Assembly (NCBI RefSeq): GCF_965641715.1
Contig: NZ_OZ282453.1
DNA: 64,000 bases
Direction: 5' to 3' (one strand)
From: Escherichia coli
GTDB lineage: Bacteria; Pseudomonadota; Gammaproteobacteria; Enterobacterales; Enterobacteriaceae
The stretch's first letter is position 1; every line of letters begins with the position of its first letter. The position numbers and the translations under genes are program-made. Shown piece after piece: positions 55,686 through 64,000 of the stretch. Under the pieces are notes generated by a model, which was not told the origin of the DNA, made no database searches, and saw nothing but the letters and a program-made list of their open reading frames with translations.

Positions 55686-55744
55686 GCTATGATTAGCCGC
55701 TATTTTTTTGTCCTGAATGATGTTTGACACTACCGAGGTGTACT

Positions 55745-57142
55745 ATTTTTACCCGAGTCGCTAATTTTTGCCGCAAGGTGCTAAGCCGCGAGGAAAGCGA
55801 GGCTGAACAGGCAGTCGCCCGTCCACAGGTGACGGTGATCCCGCGTGAGCAGCATGCTATTTCCCGCAAAGATATCAGTGAAAATGCCCTGAAGGTAATG
55901 TACAGGCTCAATAAAGCGGGATACGAAGCCTGGCTGGTTGGCGGCGGCGTGCGCGACCTGTTACTTGGCAAAAAGCCGAAAGACTTTGACGTAACCACTA
56001 ACGCCACGCCTGAGCAGGTGCGCAAACTGTTCCGTAACTGCCGCCTGGTGGGTCGCCGTTTCCGTCTGGCTCATGTGATGTTTGGCCCAGAGATTATCGA
56101 AGTTGCGACCTTCCGTGGACACCACGAAGGTAACGTCAGCGACCGCACGACCTCCCAACGCGGGCAAAACGGCATGTTGCTGCGCGACAACATTTTCGGC
56201 TCCATCGAAGAAGACGCCCAGCGCCGCGATTTCACTATCAACAGCCTGTATTACAGCGTAGCGGATTTTACCGTCCGTGATTACGTTGGCGGTATGAAGG
56301 ATCTGAAGGACGGCGTTATCCGTCTGATTGGTAACCCGGAAACGCGCTACCGTGAAGATCCGGTACGTATGCTGCGCGCGGTACGTTTTGCCGCCAAATT
56401 GGGTATGCGCATCAGCCCGGAAACCGCAGAACCGATCCCTCGCCTCGCTACCCTGCTGAACGATATCCCACCGGCACGCCTGTTTGAAGAATCGCTTAAA
56501 CTGCTACAAGCGGGCTACGGTTACGAAACCTATAAGCTGCTGTGTGAATATCATCTGTTCCAGCCACTGTTCCCGACCATTACCCGCTACTTCACGGAAA
56601 ATGGCGACAGCCCGATGGAGCGGATCATTGAGCAGGTACTGAAGAACACCGATACGCGTATTCATAACGATATGCGCGTTAACCCGGCGTTTTTGTTTGC
56701 CGCCATGTTCTGGTACCCACTGCTGGAGACGGCACAGAAGATCGCCCAGGAAAGCGGCCTGACCTATCACGACGCTTTCGCGCTGGCGATGAACGACGTG
56801 CTGGACGAAGCCTGCCGTTCACTGGCAATCCCGAAACGTCTGACGACGTTAACCCGCGATATCTGGCAGTTGCAGTTGCGTATGTCCCGACGTCAGGGTA
56901 AACGTGCATGGAAACTGCTGGAGCATCCTAAGTTCCGTGCGGCTTATGACCTGTTGGCCTTGCGAGCTGAAGTTGAACGTAACGCTGAACTGCAGCGTCT
57001 GGTGAAATGGTGGGGTGAGTTCCAGGTTTCCGCGCCACCAGACCAAAAAGGGATGCTCAACGAGCTGGATGAAGAACCGTCACCGCGTCGCCGTACTCGT
57101 CGTCCACGCAAACGCGCACCGCGTCGTGAGGGTACCGCATGA
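55745..57142 (+). CDS. pcnB: Poly(A) polymerase I
   Basis: ORF open from stop at 55718; no in-frame ATG before the conserved N-terminus; ATT at 55745 preceded by gaggtg SD is taken as the start (literature-reported AUU start), TTG at 55724 is the alternative; 465 aa. Confidence 0.9.
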
Positions 57143-57618
57143 CAGTGGCGTATATTGCCATAGGCAGCAATCTGGCCTCTCCGCTGGAGCAGGTCAATGC
57201 TGCCCTGAAAGCATTAGGCGATATCCCTGAAAGCCACATTCTTACCGTTTCTTCGTTTTACCGCACCCCACCGCTGGGGCCGCAAGATCAACCCGATTAC
57301 TTAAACGCAGCCGTGGCGCTGGAAACCTCTCTTGCACCTGAAGAGCTACTCAATCACACACAGCGTATTGAATTGCAGCAAGGTCGCGTCCGTAAAGCTG
57401 AACGCTGGGGACCGCGCACGCTGGATCTCGACATCATGCTGTTTGGTAATGAAGTGATAAATACTGAACGACTGACCGTACCGCACTACGATATGAAAAA
57501 TCGTGGATTTATGCTGTGGCCGCTGTTTGAAATCGCGCCAGAGTTGGTGTTTCCTGATGGGGAAACATTACGTGAAATACTCACTTCACTAGCAGTACCA
57601 CAACCTGCCATCTGGTAA
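57139..57618 (+). CDS. folK: 2-amino-4-hydroxy-6-hydroxymethyldihydropteridine pyrophosphokinase
   Basis: 159 aa ORF ([19 protein letters not shown]...); 4-nt overlap with pcnB. Confidence 0.96.
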
Positions 57619-57960
57619 TAGCTGTATTATTTTATTTTCTTGACGAGAGGAATACAAAATGATACGGCTATTTCATCCACCAAGAAAAAATTATTTTCTT
57701 ATCTTACTCCTCACATCCCCCCTTACACATTAAATATACTTAATTTACATTTTAGTTTTTTTTAATTCATTCATGAAATAGCATTTCATGCAAATAGATT
57801 AGGCATTTTTTGTTTAAACGACCTAAAATAACAACAATTCAATACGCCACATAAATATATTCACACCCGTGATAATTCACCCCTATTACATCCTCCAAAA
57901 ACTTTGAGTAATATCCGCTCGCAATATTAATTTCATATAATTTTTGTAAGGATGCATGTA
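57619..57960. promoter_or_regulatory. AT-rich upstream regulatory region of the yadN fimbrial operon
   Basis: ~340 bp strongly AT-rich with A/T tracts, typical of nucleoid-protein-silenced fimbrial promoters. Confidence 0.5.
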
Positions 57961-58557
57961 ATGAAAAAAGCACTTCTCGCAGCCGCTCTGGTTATGGCTT
58001 CTGGTTCCGCCCTGGCTGTAGATGGTGGTCATATCGACTTTAACGGTATGGTACAGTCCGGTACCTGTAAAGTGGGTGTGGTAGATACTGGTATGCACAG
58101 CGTTACCACTGATGGCGTGGTTACCCTGGATACTGCGAATGTTACTGATACTTTTGCTGAAGTTAGCGCAACTGCTGTCGGTTTACTGCCGAAAGAGTTC
58201 ATGATTTCTGTTGAGTGTGATCCAGGTGCTCCGAAGAATGCTGAGTTAACTATGGGTTCTGCAAGCTACGCGAACACCAGCGGTACCCTGAATAACAATA
58301 TGAACATCACTGTTAACGGTATTGCACCGGCTCAGAACGTAAACATTGCAGTTCATAACATGAAAAACAAAGCTGGCGCTGCTGAAATTAAGCAGGTCCA
58401 TATGAACAACTCTTCTGAAGTTCAGGAACTGACATTAGACGCAGAAGGTAAAGGCCAGTACGTATTTAACGCATCTTACGTTAAAGCACCGAACAGCCCG
58501 GCTGTAACTGCTGGTCATGTAACCACTAACGCGCTGTACACCATTGCTTATAAGTAA
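57961..58557 (+). CDS. yadN: Fimbrial major subunit-like protein YadN
   Basis: signal peptide MKKALLAAALVMASGSALA; type-1 pilin-like with Cys pair and C-terminal ...YTIAYK. Confidence 0.88.
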   Translation: MKKALLAAALVMASGSALAVDGGHIDFNGMVQSGTCKVGVVDTGMHSVTTDGVVTLDTANVTDTFAEVSATAVGLLPKEFMISVECDPGAPKNAELTMGSASYANTSGTLNNNMNITVNGIAPAQNVNIAVHNMKNKAGAAEIKQVHMNNSSEVQELTLDAEGKGQYVFNASYVKAPNSPAVTAGHVTTNALYTIAYK

Positions 58558-58637
58558 TTGATGGTGTGTTGAGCATAAGGTTTGCCAGCAGGCAAACCTT
58601 ATTTTCGCGAATTTAATCTTTCTACAGACAGCAAGGA

Positions 58638-59369
58638 GTGCTTATGTTTCCCTTGGTTAAAAAAACGGTTAGTGCATTATTTGTGAGTACTCTGTTAGCC
58701 AGTGCACCAGCATTCGCTGACATTATTATTTCCGGAACACGTATCATTTATAACGCTGATAAAAAAGATGTTAACGTTCGTCTGGAAAATAAAGGGAATC
58801 GCCCCTTACTGATTCAGAACTGGTTGGATACTGGCGACGACAATGCCGATCCCAGCCAGATCAAAGTGCCGTTTACCGCGACCCCACCAGTTTCACGCGT
58901 GGAGCCAAAACGCGGTCAAACCGTAAAAGTGATGTATACCGGTGCAACAGCCCTGCCGAAAGACCGTGAAAGCGTCTACTGGTTTAACGTGCTGGAAGTG
59001 CCGCCTAAGCCGAAAGATGCTGAGGCTGACAAAAACTTGTTACAGCTGGCTTTCCGCACACGCATCAAACTCTTTTATCGCCCGAGTGGGTTACAGGGAG
59101 AACCGGCTGAAGCACCGGCGAAAATCACCTGGAAATTAAACAACGCTCAGTTACAGGCAAATAACCCAACGCCATATTACGTGTCCTTTAATGAGGTCAA
59201 GCTGGAAAGCGGCGGCAAAACCTACAACGTCAATTCCAGCATGGTCGCGCCGTTCAGCCAGGCAAGCTTTGGCGTAACCGGTCTGCCAGGAAGCGTGTCA
59301 TCCGGAAAAGTGGTTTTTAAAGCGATCAACGACTTTGGCGGCAACATTGATGGTTCCGCAACATTCTAA
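58638..59369 (+). CDS. yadV: Periplasmic pilus chaperone (YadV/EcpD)
   Basis: 243 aa ORF with signal peptide and PapD-like features. Confidence 0.88.
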   Translation: MLMFPLVKKTVSALFVSTLLASAPAFADIIISGTRIIYNADKKDVNVRLENKGNRPLLIQNWLDTGDDNADPSQIKVPFTATPPVSRVEPKRGQTVKVMYTGATALPKDRESVYWFNVLEVPPKPKDAEADKNLLQLAFRTRIKLFYRPSGLQGEPAEAPAKITWKLNNAQLQANNPTPYYVSFNEVKLESGGKTYNVNSSMVAPFSQASFGVTGLPGSVSSGKVVFKAINDFGGNIDGSATF

Positions 59370-59410
59370 AAAATAAACGGATTCTTTTTAACATCGCCAG
59401 GAATGCAACC

Positions 59411-62011
59411 TTGTACCAGTTTACTCATCAAAAAAGCCGTATCCCGAAAAAAACGCTACTTGCGGCCTGTTGCGCCCTTTTTTACAGCGGCAACAGTTCT
59501 GCGGCGGACACCGTGGAATATGACAGTTCCTTCTTAATGGGAACTGGCGCATCAACGATTGATGTTAAACGTTATGCTCAAGGCAACCCGACACCGCCGG
59601 GTCTCTATAATGTCCGCGTGTTTGTAAACGGCCAGCCCACGTCCAGCTTAGAAATTCCGTTTGTGGATATTGGCGAAAACAGCGCAGCGGCCTGTATTAC
59701 CCACAAAAACCTGGCACAACTTCACATTAAGCAACCTGAACAGCCTGTCACTTTACTCGCCAGAGAAGGTGAGGAAGAGGATTGTCTGGATTTGGCAAAG
59801 TCATACGAAAAGGCGGATGTGCGCTTTGACGGTAGTGACCAGTTTCTCGATCTGACGATCCCTCAGGCCTATGTTTTGAAAAGCTATGGCGGCTACGTTG
59901 ACCCTTCTTTATGGGAATCGGGAATTAACGCTGCCACACTGGCATATACCCTGAACGCGTATCACACAAGTTCAGATAACGATAATAGTGACAGCGTCTA
60001 TGGCGCATTTAACTCGGGTATCAATTTAGGAGCCTGGCACTTCCGTGCGCGCGGTAACTATAACTGGACAACAGATAACGGCAGCGATTTCGATTTCCAG
60101 GATCGTTACTTACAGCGTGACATTCCGGCAATCCGTTCACAGATAATTATGGGTGACGCCTACACCACCGGTGAAACGTTTGACTCTGTCAACGTCCGTG
60201 GTGTTCGCCTGTACAGCGATAGCCGTATGCTACCTTCGGCGCTGGCCAGTTACGCCCCGACCATCCGCGGTGTAGCAAACTCCAACGCCAAAGTTACGGT
60301 GACGCAGAACGGTTATAAAATCTATGAAACTACCGTTCCACCCGGTGAATTTGTTATAGACGACATTAGCCCCTCCGGCTTTGGTAGCGAACTGGTCGTA
60401 ACCATTGAAGAAGCGGATGGTTCCAAACGCACCTTTACGCAACCCTTCTCGTCGGTTGTGCAAATGCAACGTCCTGGTGTAGGTCGTTGGGATTTCAGTG
60501 CCGGTAAAGTCATTGATGATAGCCTGCGTTCCGAACCCAATATGGGGCAAGCCTCTTATTACTATGGTCTGAATAACCTCTTCACGGGTTATACCGGCAT
60601 TCAGTTCACCGATAACAACTATCTTGCCGGGCTGTTAGGTGTGGGTATCAACACCAGCATCGGCGCCTTTGCGGTAGACGTTACCCATTCTCGCGCTGAG
60701 ATTCCGGATGATAAAACTTACCAGGGGCAAAGTTATCGCGTGACCTGGAACAAATTATTCCAGGATACCGGGACATCATTTAACCTCGCGGCGTACCGCT
60801 ATTCCACCCAGGATTATCTGGGCCTGCATGATGCGTTAGTCCTCATTGACGACGCCAAACATTTGTCTGCCGATGAAGACAAAAACACCATGCAGACGTA
60901 CTCACGTATGAAAAACCAGTTTACCGTCAGCATCAACCAGCCGCTGAAAACGACTTACGAAGATTACGGTTCACTGTTTATTTCCGGTAGCTGGACGGAT
61001 TACTGGGCGGCGAACAATAGCCGCACTGAATATAATGTTGGTTACAGTAAAAGCGTTTCGTGGGGCAGTTTCAGCGTCAACCTGCAACGTAGCTGGAATG
61101 AAGACGGCGAGAAAGATGACGCGATGTACGTCAGCGTTAGCGTACCTATTGAGAATATTTTAGGTGGCAAACGCAAATCTTCTGGTTTCCGCAATTTAAA
61201 TACTCAGCTCAATACCGATTTCGATGGTTCACATCAGTTGAATGTTAACAGTTCCGGTAACACTGAAAACAATCTGGTGAACTACAGTGTCAACGCAGGT
61301 TATAGCCTCGATAAAAACTCCGGCGATTTAGCCTCTGTTGGTGGTTATCTCAACTATGAATCAGGGTTAGGCGGTATTTCCGCTTCGGCCTCGGCCACTT
61401 CTGATAATAGCCAGCAGTACTCCATCTCCACCGATGGCGGCTTTGTATTACACAGTGGTGGTTTAACGTTCACTAACAACAGTTTCAGCAGTAACGACAC
61501 ACTGGTGTTAATCAACGCCCCAGGTGCTAAAGGCGCACGAATCAATAACAGTAATAACGAAATCGATCGCTGGGGATATGCCGTGACATCTTCTGTCAGC
61601 CCCTACCGTGAAAACCGGGTAGGTCTGAACATTGAAACACTGGAAAACGATGTTGAACTGAAAAGTACCAGCGCCACCACCGTACCACGCAGCGGCTCCG
61701 TTGTTTTGACCCGTTTCGAAACTGACGAGGGGCGTTCTGCCGTGCTGAATATTACTGCCGCCAATGGCAAATCTATTCCGTTTGCTGCGGAGGTTTACCA
61801 GGGTGAGGTGATGATCGGCAGCATGGGCCAGGGTGGTCAGGCATTTGTGCGCGGTATTAACGACAGCGGGGAATTAACAGTGCGTTGGTATGAAAACAAC
61901 CAAACCATTGACTGTAAGTTGCACTACCAGTTCCCAGCCCAGCCACAAACGCTGGGAAGTACCAACACCTTATTACTTAACAATCTTACCTGTCAGGTAG
62001 CAAATCACTAA
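59411..62011 (+). CDS. htrE: Outer-membrane fimbrial usher HtrE
   Basis: 866 aa ORF (tool start is TTG), usher-family barrel; exact start uncertain. Confidence 0.9.
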   Translation: MYQFTHQKSRIPKKTLLAACCALFYSGNSSAADTVEYDSSFLMGTGASTIDVKRYAQGNPTPPGLYNVRVFVNGQPTSSLEIPFVDIGENSAAACITHKNLAQLHIKQPEQPVTLLAREGEEEDCLDLAKSYEKADVRFDGSDQFLDLTIPQAYVLKSYGGYVDPSLWESGINAATLAYTLNAYHTSSDNDNSDSVYGAFNSGINLGAWHFRARGNYNWTTDNGSDFDFQDRYLQRDIPAIRSQIIMGDAYTTGETFDSVNVRGVRLYSDSRMLPSALASYAPTIRGVANSNAKVTVTQNGYKIYETTVPPGEFVIDDISPSGFGSELVVTIEEADGSKRTFTQPFSSVVQMQRPGVGRWDFSAGKVIDDSLRSEPNMGQASYYYGLNNLFTGYTGIQFTDNNYLAGLLGVGINTSIGAFAVDVTHSRAEIPDDKTYQGQSYRVTWNKLFQDTGTSFNLAAYRYSTQDYLGLHDALVLIDDAKHLSADEDKNTMQTYSRMKNQFTVSINQPLKTTYEDYGSLFISGSWTDYWAANNSRTEYNVGYSKSVSWGSFSVNLQRSWNEDGEKDDAMYVSVSVPIENILGGKRKSSGFRNLNTQLNTDFDGSHQLNVNSSGNTENNLVNYSVNAGYSLDKNSGDLASVGGYLNYESGLGGISASASATSDNSQQYSISTDGGFVLHSGGLTFTNNSFSSNDTLVLINAPGAKGARINNSNNEIDRWGYAVTSSVSPYRENRVGLNIETLENDVELKSTSATTVPRSGSVVLTRFETDEGRSAVLNITAANGKSIPFAAEVYQGEVMIGSMGQGGQAFVRGINDSGELTVRWYENNQTIDCKLHYQFPAQPQTLGSTNTLLLNNLTCQVANH

Positions 62012-62012
62012 T

Positions 62013-62573
62013 ATGGAAAATTCTATGAAAAGGATACTACTAACATCCGCGTTAATAGGCCTGGGTTTACCGGCGGTTGGCTCTGCAACAGATCTTAATG
62101 TCGATTTTACGGCCACCGTATTAGCCACCACCTGTACGATAACTATCGTACAAGATGGTGGTCCAGTAGTGACGGGTAGCAACGGTGAATATAGCCTGAC
62201 AATTCCCGATGTTGGCCTGGATAAAGTTGTCACTGGAGATGTTGCAGCTCAAGCCAACTTTAAATTAGTGGCTTCCGATTGCAGCAATGGTTATTCAAAG
62301 ATTTTTACCACACTTACAGGAACAACGGTTTCCGGTAAGTTAATTGTTAATGAAACAACCTCTGGCGCTACGGGTGTGGGTATGGGGATTAAGCGTAGAG
62401 ATACCGCAGACTCGGCTTTCTTTACGCCAAATAATACTGACAAATTTGAATGGAGTACCGATGAGAAAGCTAACGGTGTGCCTCTGACCGTAGCACTGCG
62501 CGAAACAACGGCAGGAGCAGGACGCACTGGTGCGTTTCAGGCAAAAGCCACCTTTAACTTCACCTACGAATAA
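62013..62573 (+). CDS. yadM: Fimbrial-like protein YadM
   Basis: 186 aa ORF with signal peptide and pilin-like C-terminus ...FNFTYE. Confidence 0.85.
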   Translation: MENSMKRILLTSALIGLGLPAVGSATDLNVDFTATVLATTCTITIVQDGGPVVTGSNGEYSLTIPDVGLDKVVTGDVAAQANFKLVASDCSNGYSKIFTTLTGTTVSGKLIVNETTSGATGVGMGIKRRDTADSAFFTPNNTDKFEWSTDEKANGVPLTVALRETTAGAGRTGAFQAKATFNFTYE

Positions 62574-62587
62574 CAGGGACAGCCACC

Positions 62588-63199
62588 ATGAAATTAAAAG
62601 TCATAGCTACACTGATTGCTACTGTTGCCGTGGGTGCCAGCGTTAGCAACAATCTCACTTATGCGAGTACGACATCCGCCTCTTTAACCGTAAACAGTAA
62701 CCTGACTATGGGTACCTGTAGTGCGAAGGTAGTGGATACCAGTGGTGCCGTGATCGACACCGTTGTCTTGGGCAATGTTTATATTTCTGAACTGGCAGCC
62801 AAAAGCAAGGTGCAACCATTTAAAATCCGCTTCAGCGATTGTGCCGGGCTTCCAGGAAAGAGTGCTCAACTCGTCTTAGCGCCCAAAAACAACGGTTGCG
62901 CAGGAGGCATGTCTGACACTGCCGCCTTTTCAAATAAACTCAACACCACCACCGATGGTGGTTCAAGCAGAGCAGCAGTCGAAGTATGGACGACTACAAG
63001 CCCCGAAGGAACTGGCAGTGAGCAATTCAATTGTTATCAGCGAAACGTCATCAATGTCGATCTTTCTAATGCCAGCACAACACAGCCTTATGATTTCGAT
63101 TTAAGCGCGCGAATGATTATCGCTGGCGGGTGGACAGTCAATGACGTATTACCGGGTAGATTCCTCTCTCCTACGACTTTCACAATCACTTATCAGTAA
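62588..63199 (+). CDS. yadL: Fimbrial-like protein YadL
   Basis: 203 aa ORF with signal peptide, C-terminal ...FTITYQ. Confidence 0.85.
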   Translation: MKLKVIATLIATVAVGASVSNNLTYASTTSASLTVNSNLTMGTCSAKVVDTSGAVIDTVVLGNVYISELAAKSKVQPFKIRFSDCAGLPGKSAQLVLAPKNNGCAGGMSDTAAFSNKLNTTTDGGSSRAAVEVWTTTSPEGTGSEQFNCYQRNVINVDLSNASTTQPYDFDLSARMIIAGGWTVNDVLPGRFLSPTTFTITYQ

Positions 63200-63219
63200 T
63201 AGCGGATAAGGATATTAGA

Positions 63220-63810
63220 ATGCTATGCAGGCATCATAAATTTGTACGTTTTTTGGGGCTGGCAACAGCCCTCATTACGCCTTTTGCCTATGCTGGCCAG
63301 GATGTGGATCTCACGGCGCAGATTGTGGCCAGCACCTGTCAGGTGGAAGTCAGTAATAATGGCGTTGTCGATCTCGGCACAGTGACGCTGGACTATTTTG
63401 CTGACAATGTGACCCCAACGACGGATTACGCGGGTGGCAAAACGTTTAATGTTAATGTGGTCTCTTGCGATAACATTCAAACGACACAGTCGCAAATGAA
63501 ATTAGATTTTCAGCCGCAGGCGGGATCGCTTGCACAGGTGAATAATCAAATTTTTAGTAATGAATACGAACAGCAGGCTACCGGGGCGAAAAACGTCGGC
63601 ATTGTGATATTTTCGGCCCAACCGAATCAGCAGACATTTAACGTGCGAGGAACAGATGGTTCCTCAGCAGCAATTTATTCGGTCGCGCCTGGCAATGCTG
63701 TTCCCTCAACCTGGACCTTTTATTCCCGTATGCAGCGGGTGAATAATGCCCTTCCTCCTGAATCGGGAATGGTGAGAAGCCAGGTTATTGTTAACGTATC
63801 TTACGAATAA
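63220..63810 (+). CDS. yadK: Fimbrial-like protein YadK
   Basis: 196 aa ORF with signal peptide, C-terminal ...VNVSYE. Confidence 0.85.
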   Translation: MLCRHHKFVRFLGLATALITPFAYAGQDVDLTAQIVASTCQVEVSNNGVVDLGTVTLDYFADNVTPTTDYAGGKTFNVNVVSCDNIQTTQSQMKLDFQPQAGSLAQVNNQIFSNEYEQQATGAKNVGIVIFSAQPNQQTFNVRGTDGSSAAIYSVAPGNAVPSTWTFYSRMQRVNNALPPESGMVRSQVIVNVSYE

Positions 63811-63821
63811 TAAGGATAATT

Positions 63822-64000
63822 ATGCAAAGGAAAGGCAATAGACTGTTGATTCAGTTATGCAGTGCGATACTGCTATTTTTTACCACATCCTGGTATGCAT
63901 TGGCGAATGAATGTTATATAGAGAGAAATGCTGAAGGGCCTTATGATATGGTGATAAACCCAAAGCCCTTCAGTATACAGTCAGCGATGGTCACAGTCCC
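63822..64000 (+). CDS. yadC: Fimbrial adhesin-like protein YadC (3' truncated by window end)
   Basis: ATG at 63822 behind aaggataatt SD; open frame MQRKGNRLLIQLCSAILLFFTTSWYA... runs to the window end; identity inferred from K-12 gene order. Confidence 0.6.
   Translation, partial: MQRKGNRLLIQLCSAILLFFTTSWYALANECYIERNAEGPYDMVINPKPFSIQSAMVTV

Overview
This window is a conserved enterobacterial core-chromosome segment that I recognise as Escherichia coli (K-12-like), covering yaeF through the start of yadC in reverse orientation to the usual reference map. I found no previously undescribed system, and no CRISPR array, IS element, transposase, integrase, prophage, tRNA or rRNA. Gene identities come from reading the translated ORFs against remembered protein families; no database search was run. 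The content is densely packed housekeeping and essential genes: yaeF (5' partial), nlpE, arfB, yaeQ, yaeP, rof, tilS, yaeR, ldcC, accA, dnaE, rnhB, lpxB, lpxA, fabZ, lpxD, skp, bamA, rseP, cdsA, uppS, dxr, frr, pyrH, tsf, rpsB, map, glnD, dapD, yaeH, cdaR, degP, dgt, mtn, btuF, yadS, erpA, clcA, hemL, fhuB, fhuD, fhuC, mrcB, hrpB, thpR, sfsA, dksA, gluQ, pcnB, folK, then the yadN-yadV-htrE-yadM-yadL-yadK chaperone-usher fimbrial operon and the start of yadC. Two departures from the K-12 reference layout stand out. First, fhuA is an inactivated remnant: an out-of-frame internal deletion removes the signal-peptide junction, plug domain and first barrel strands, while the promoter and Fur box remain intact; this is the classic T1/T5/phi80-resistant (tonA) lesion of laboratory strains. 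Second, the dapD-yaeH spacer is only 313 bp and carries no yaeI gene, which from memory sits there in K-12. Other notable items are a Box C-type compound palindrome between hrpB and mrcB, REP/BIME repeats, a textbook sigma-E promoter upstream of degP, a strong dksA terminator that fixes the gluQ start, the non-AUG start of pcnB, and an AT-rich region upstream of the fimbrial operon.
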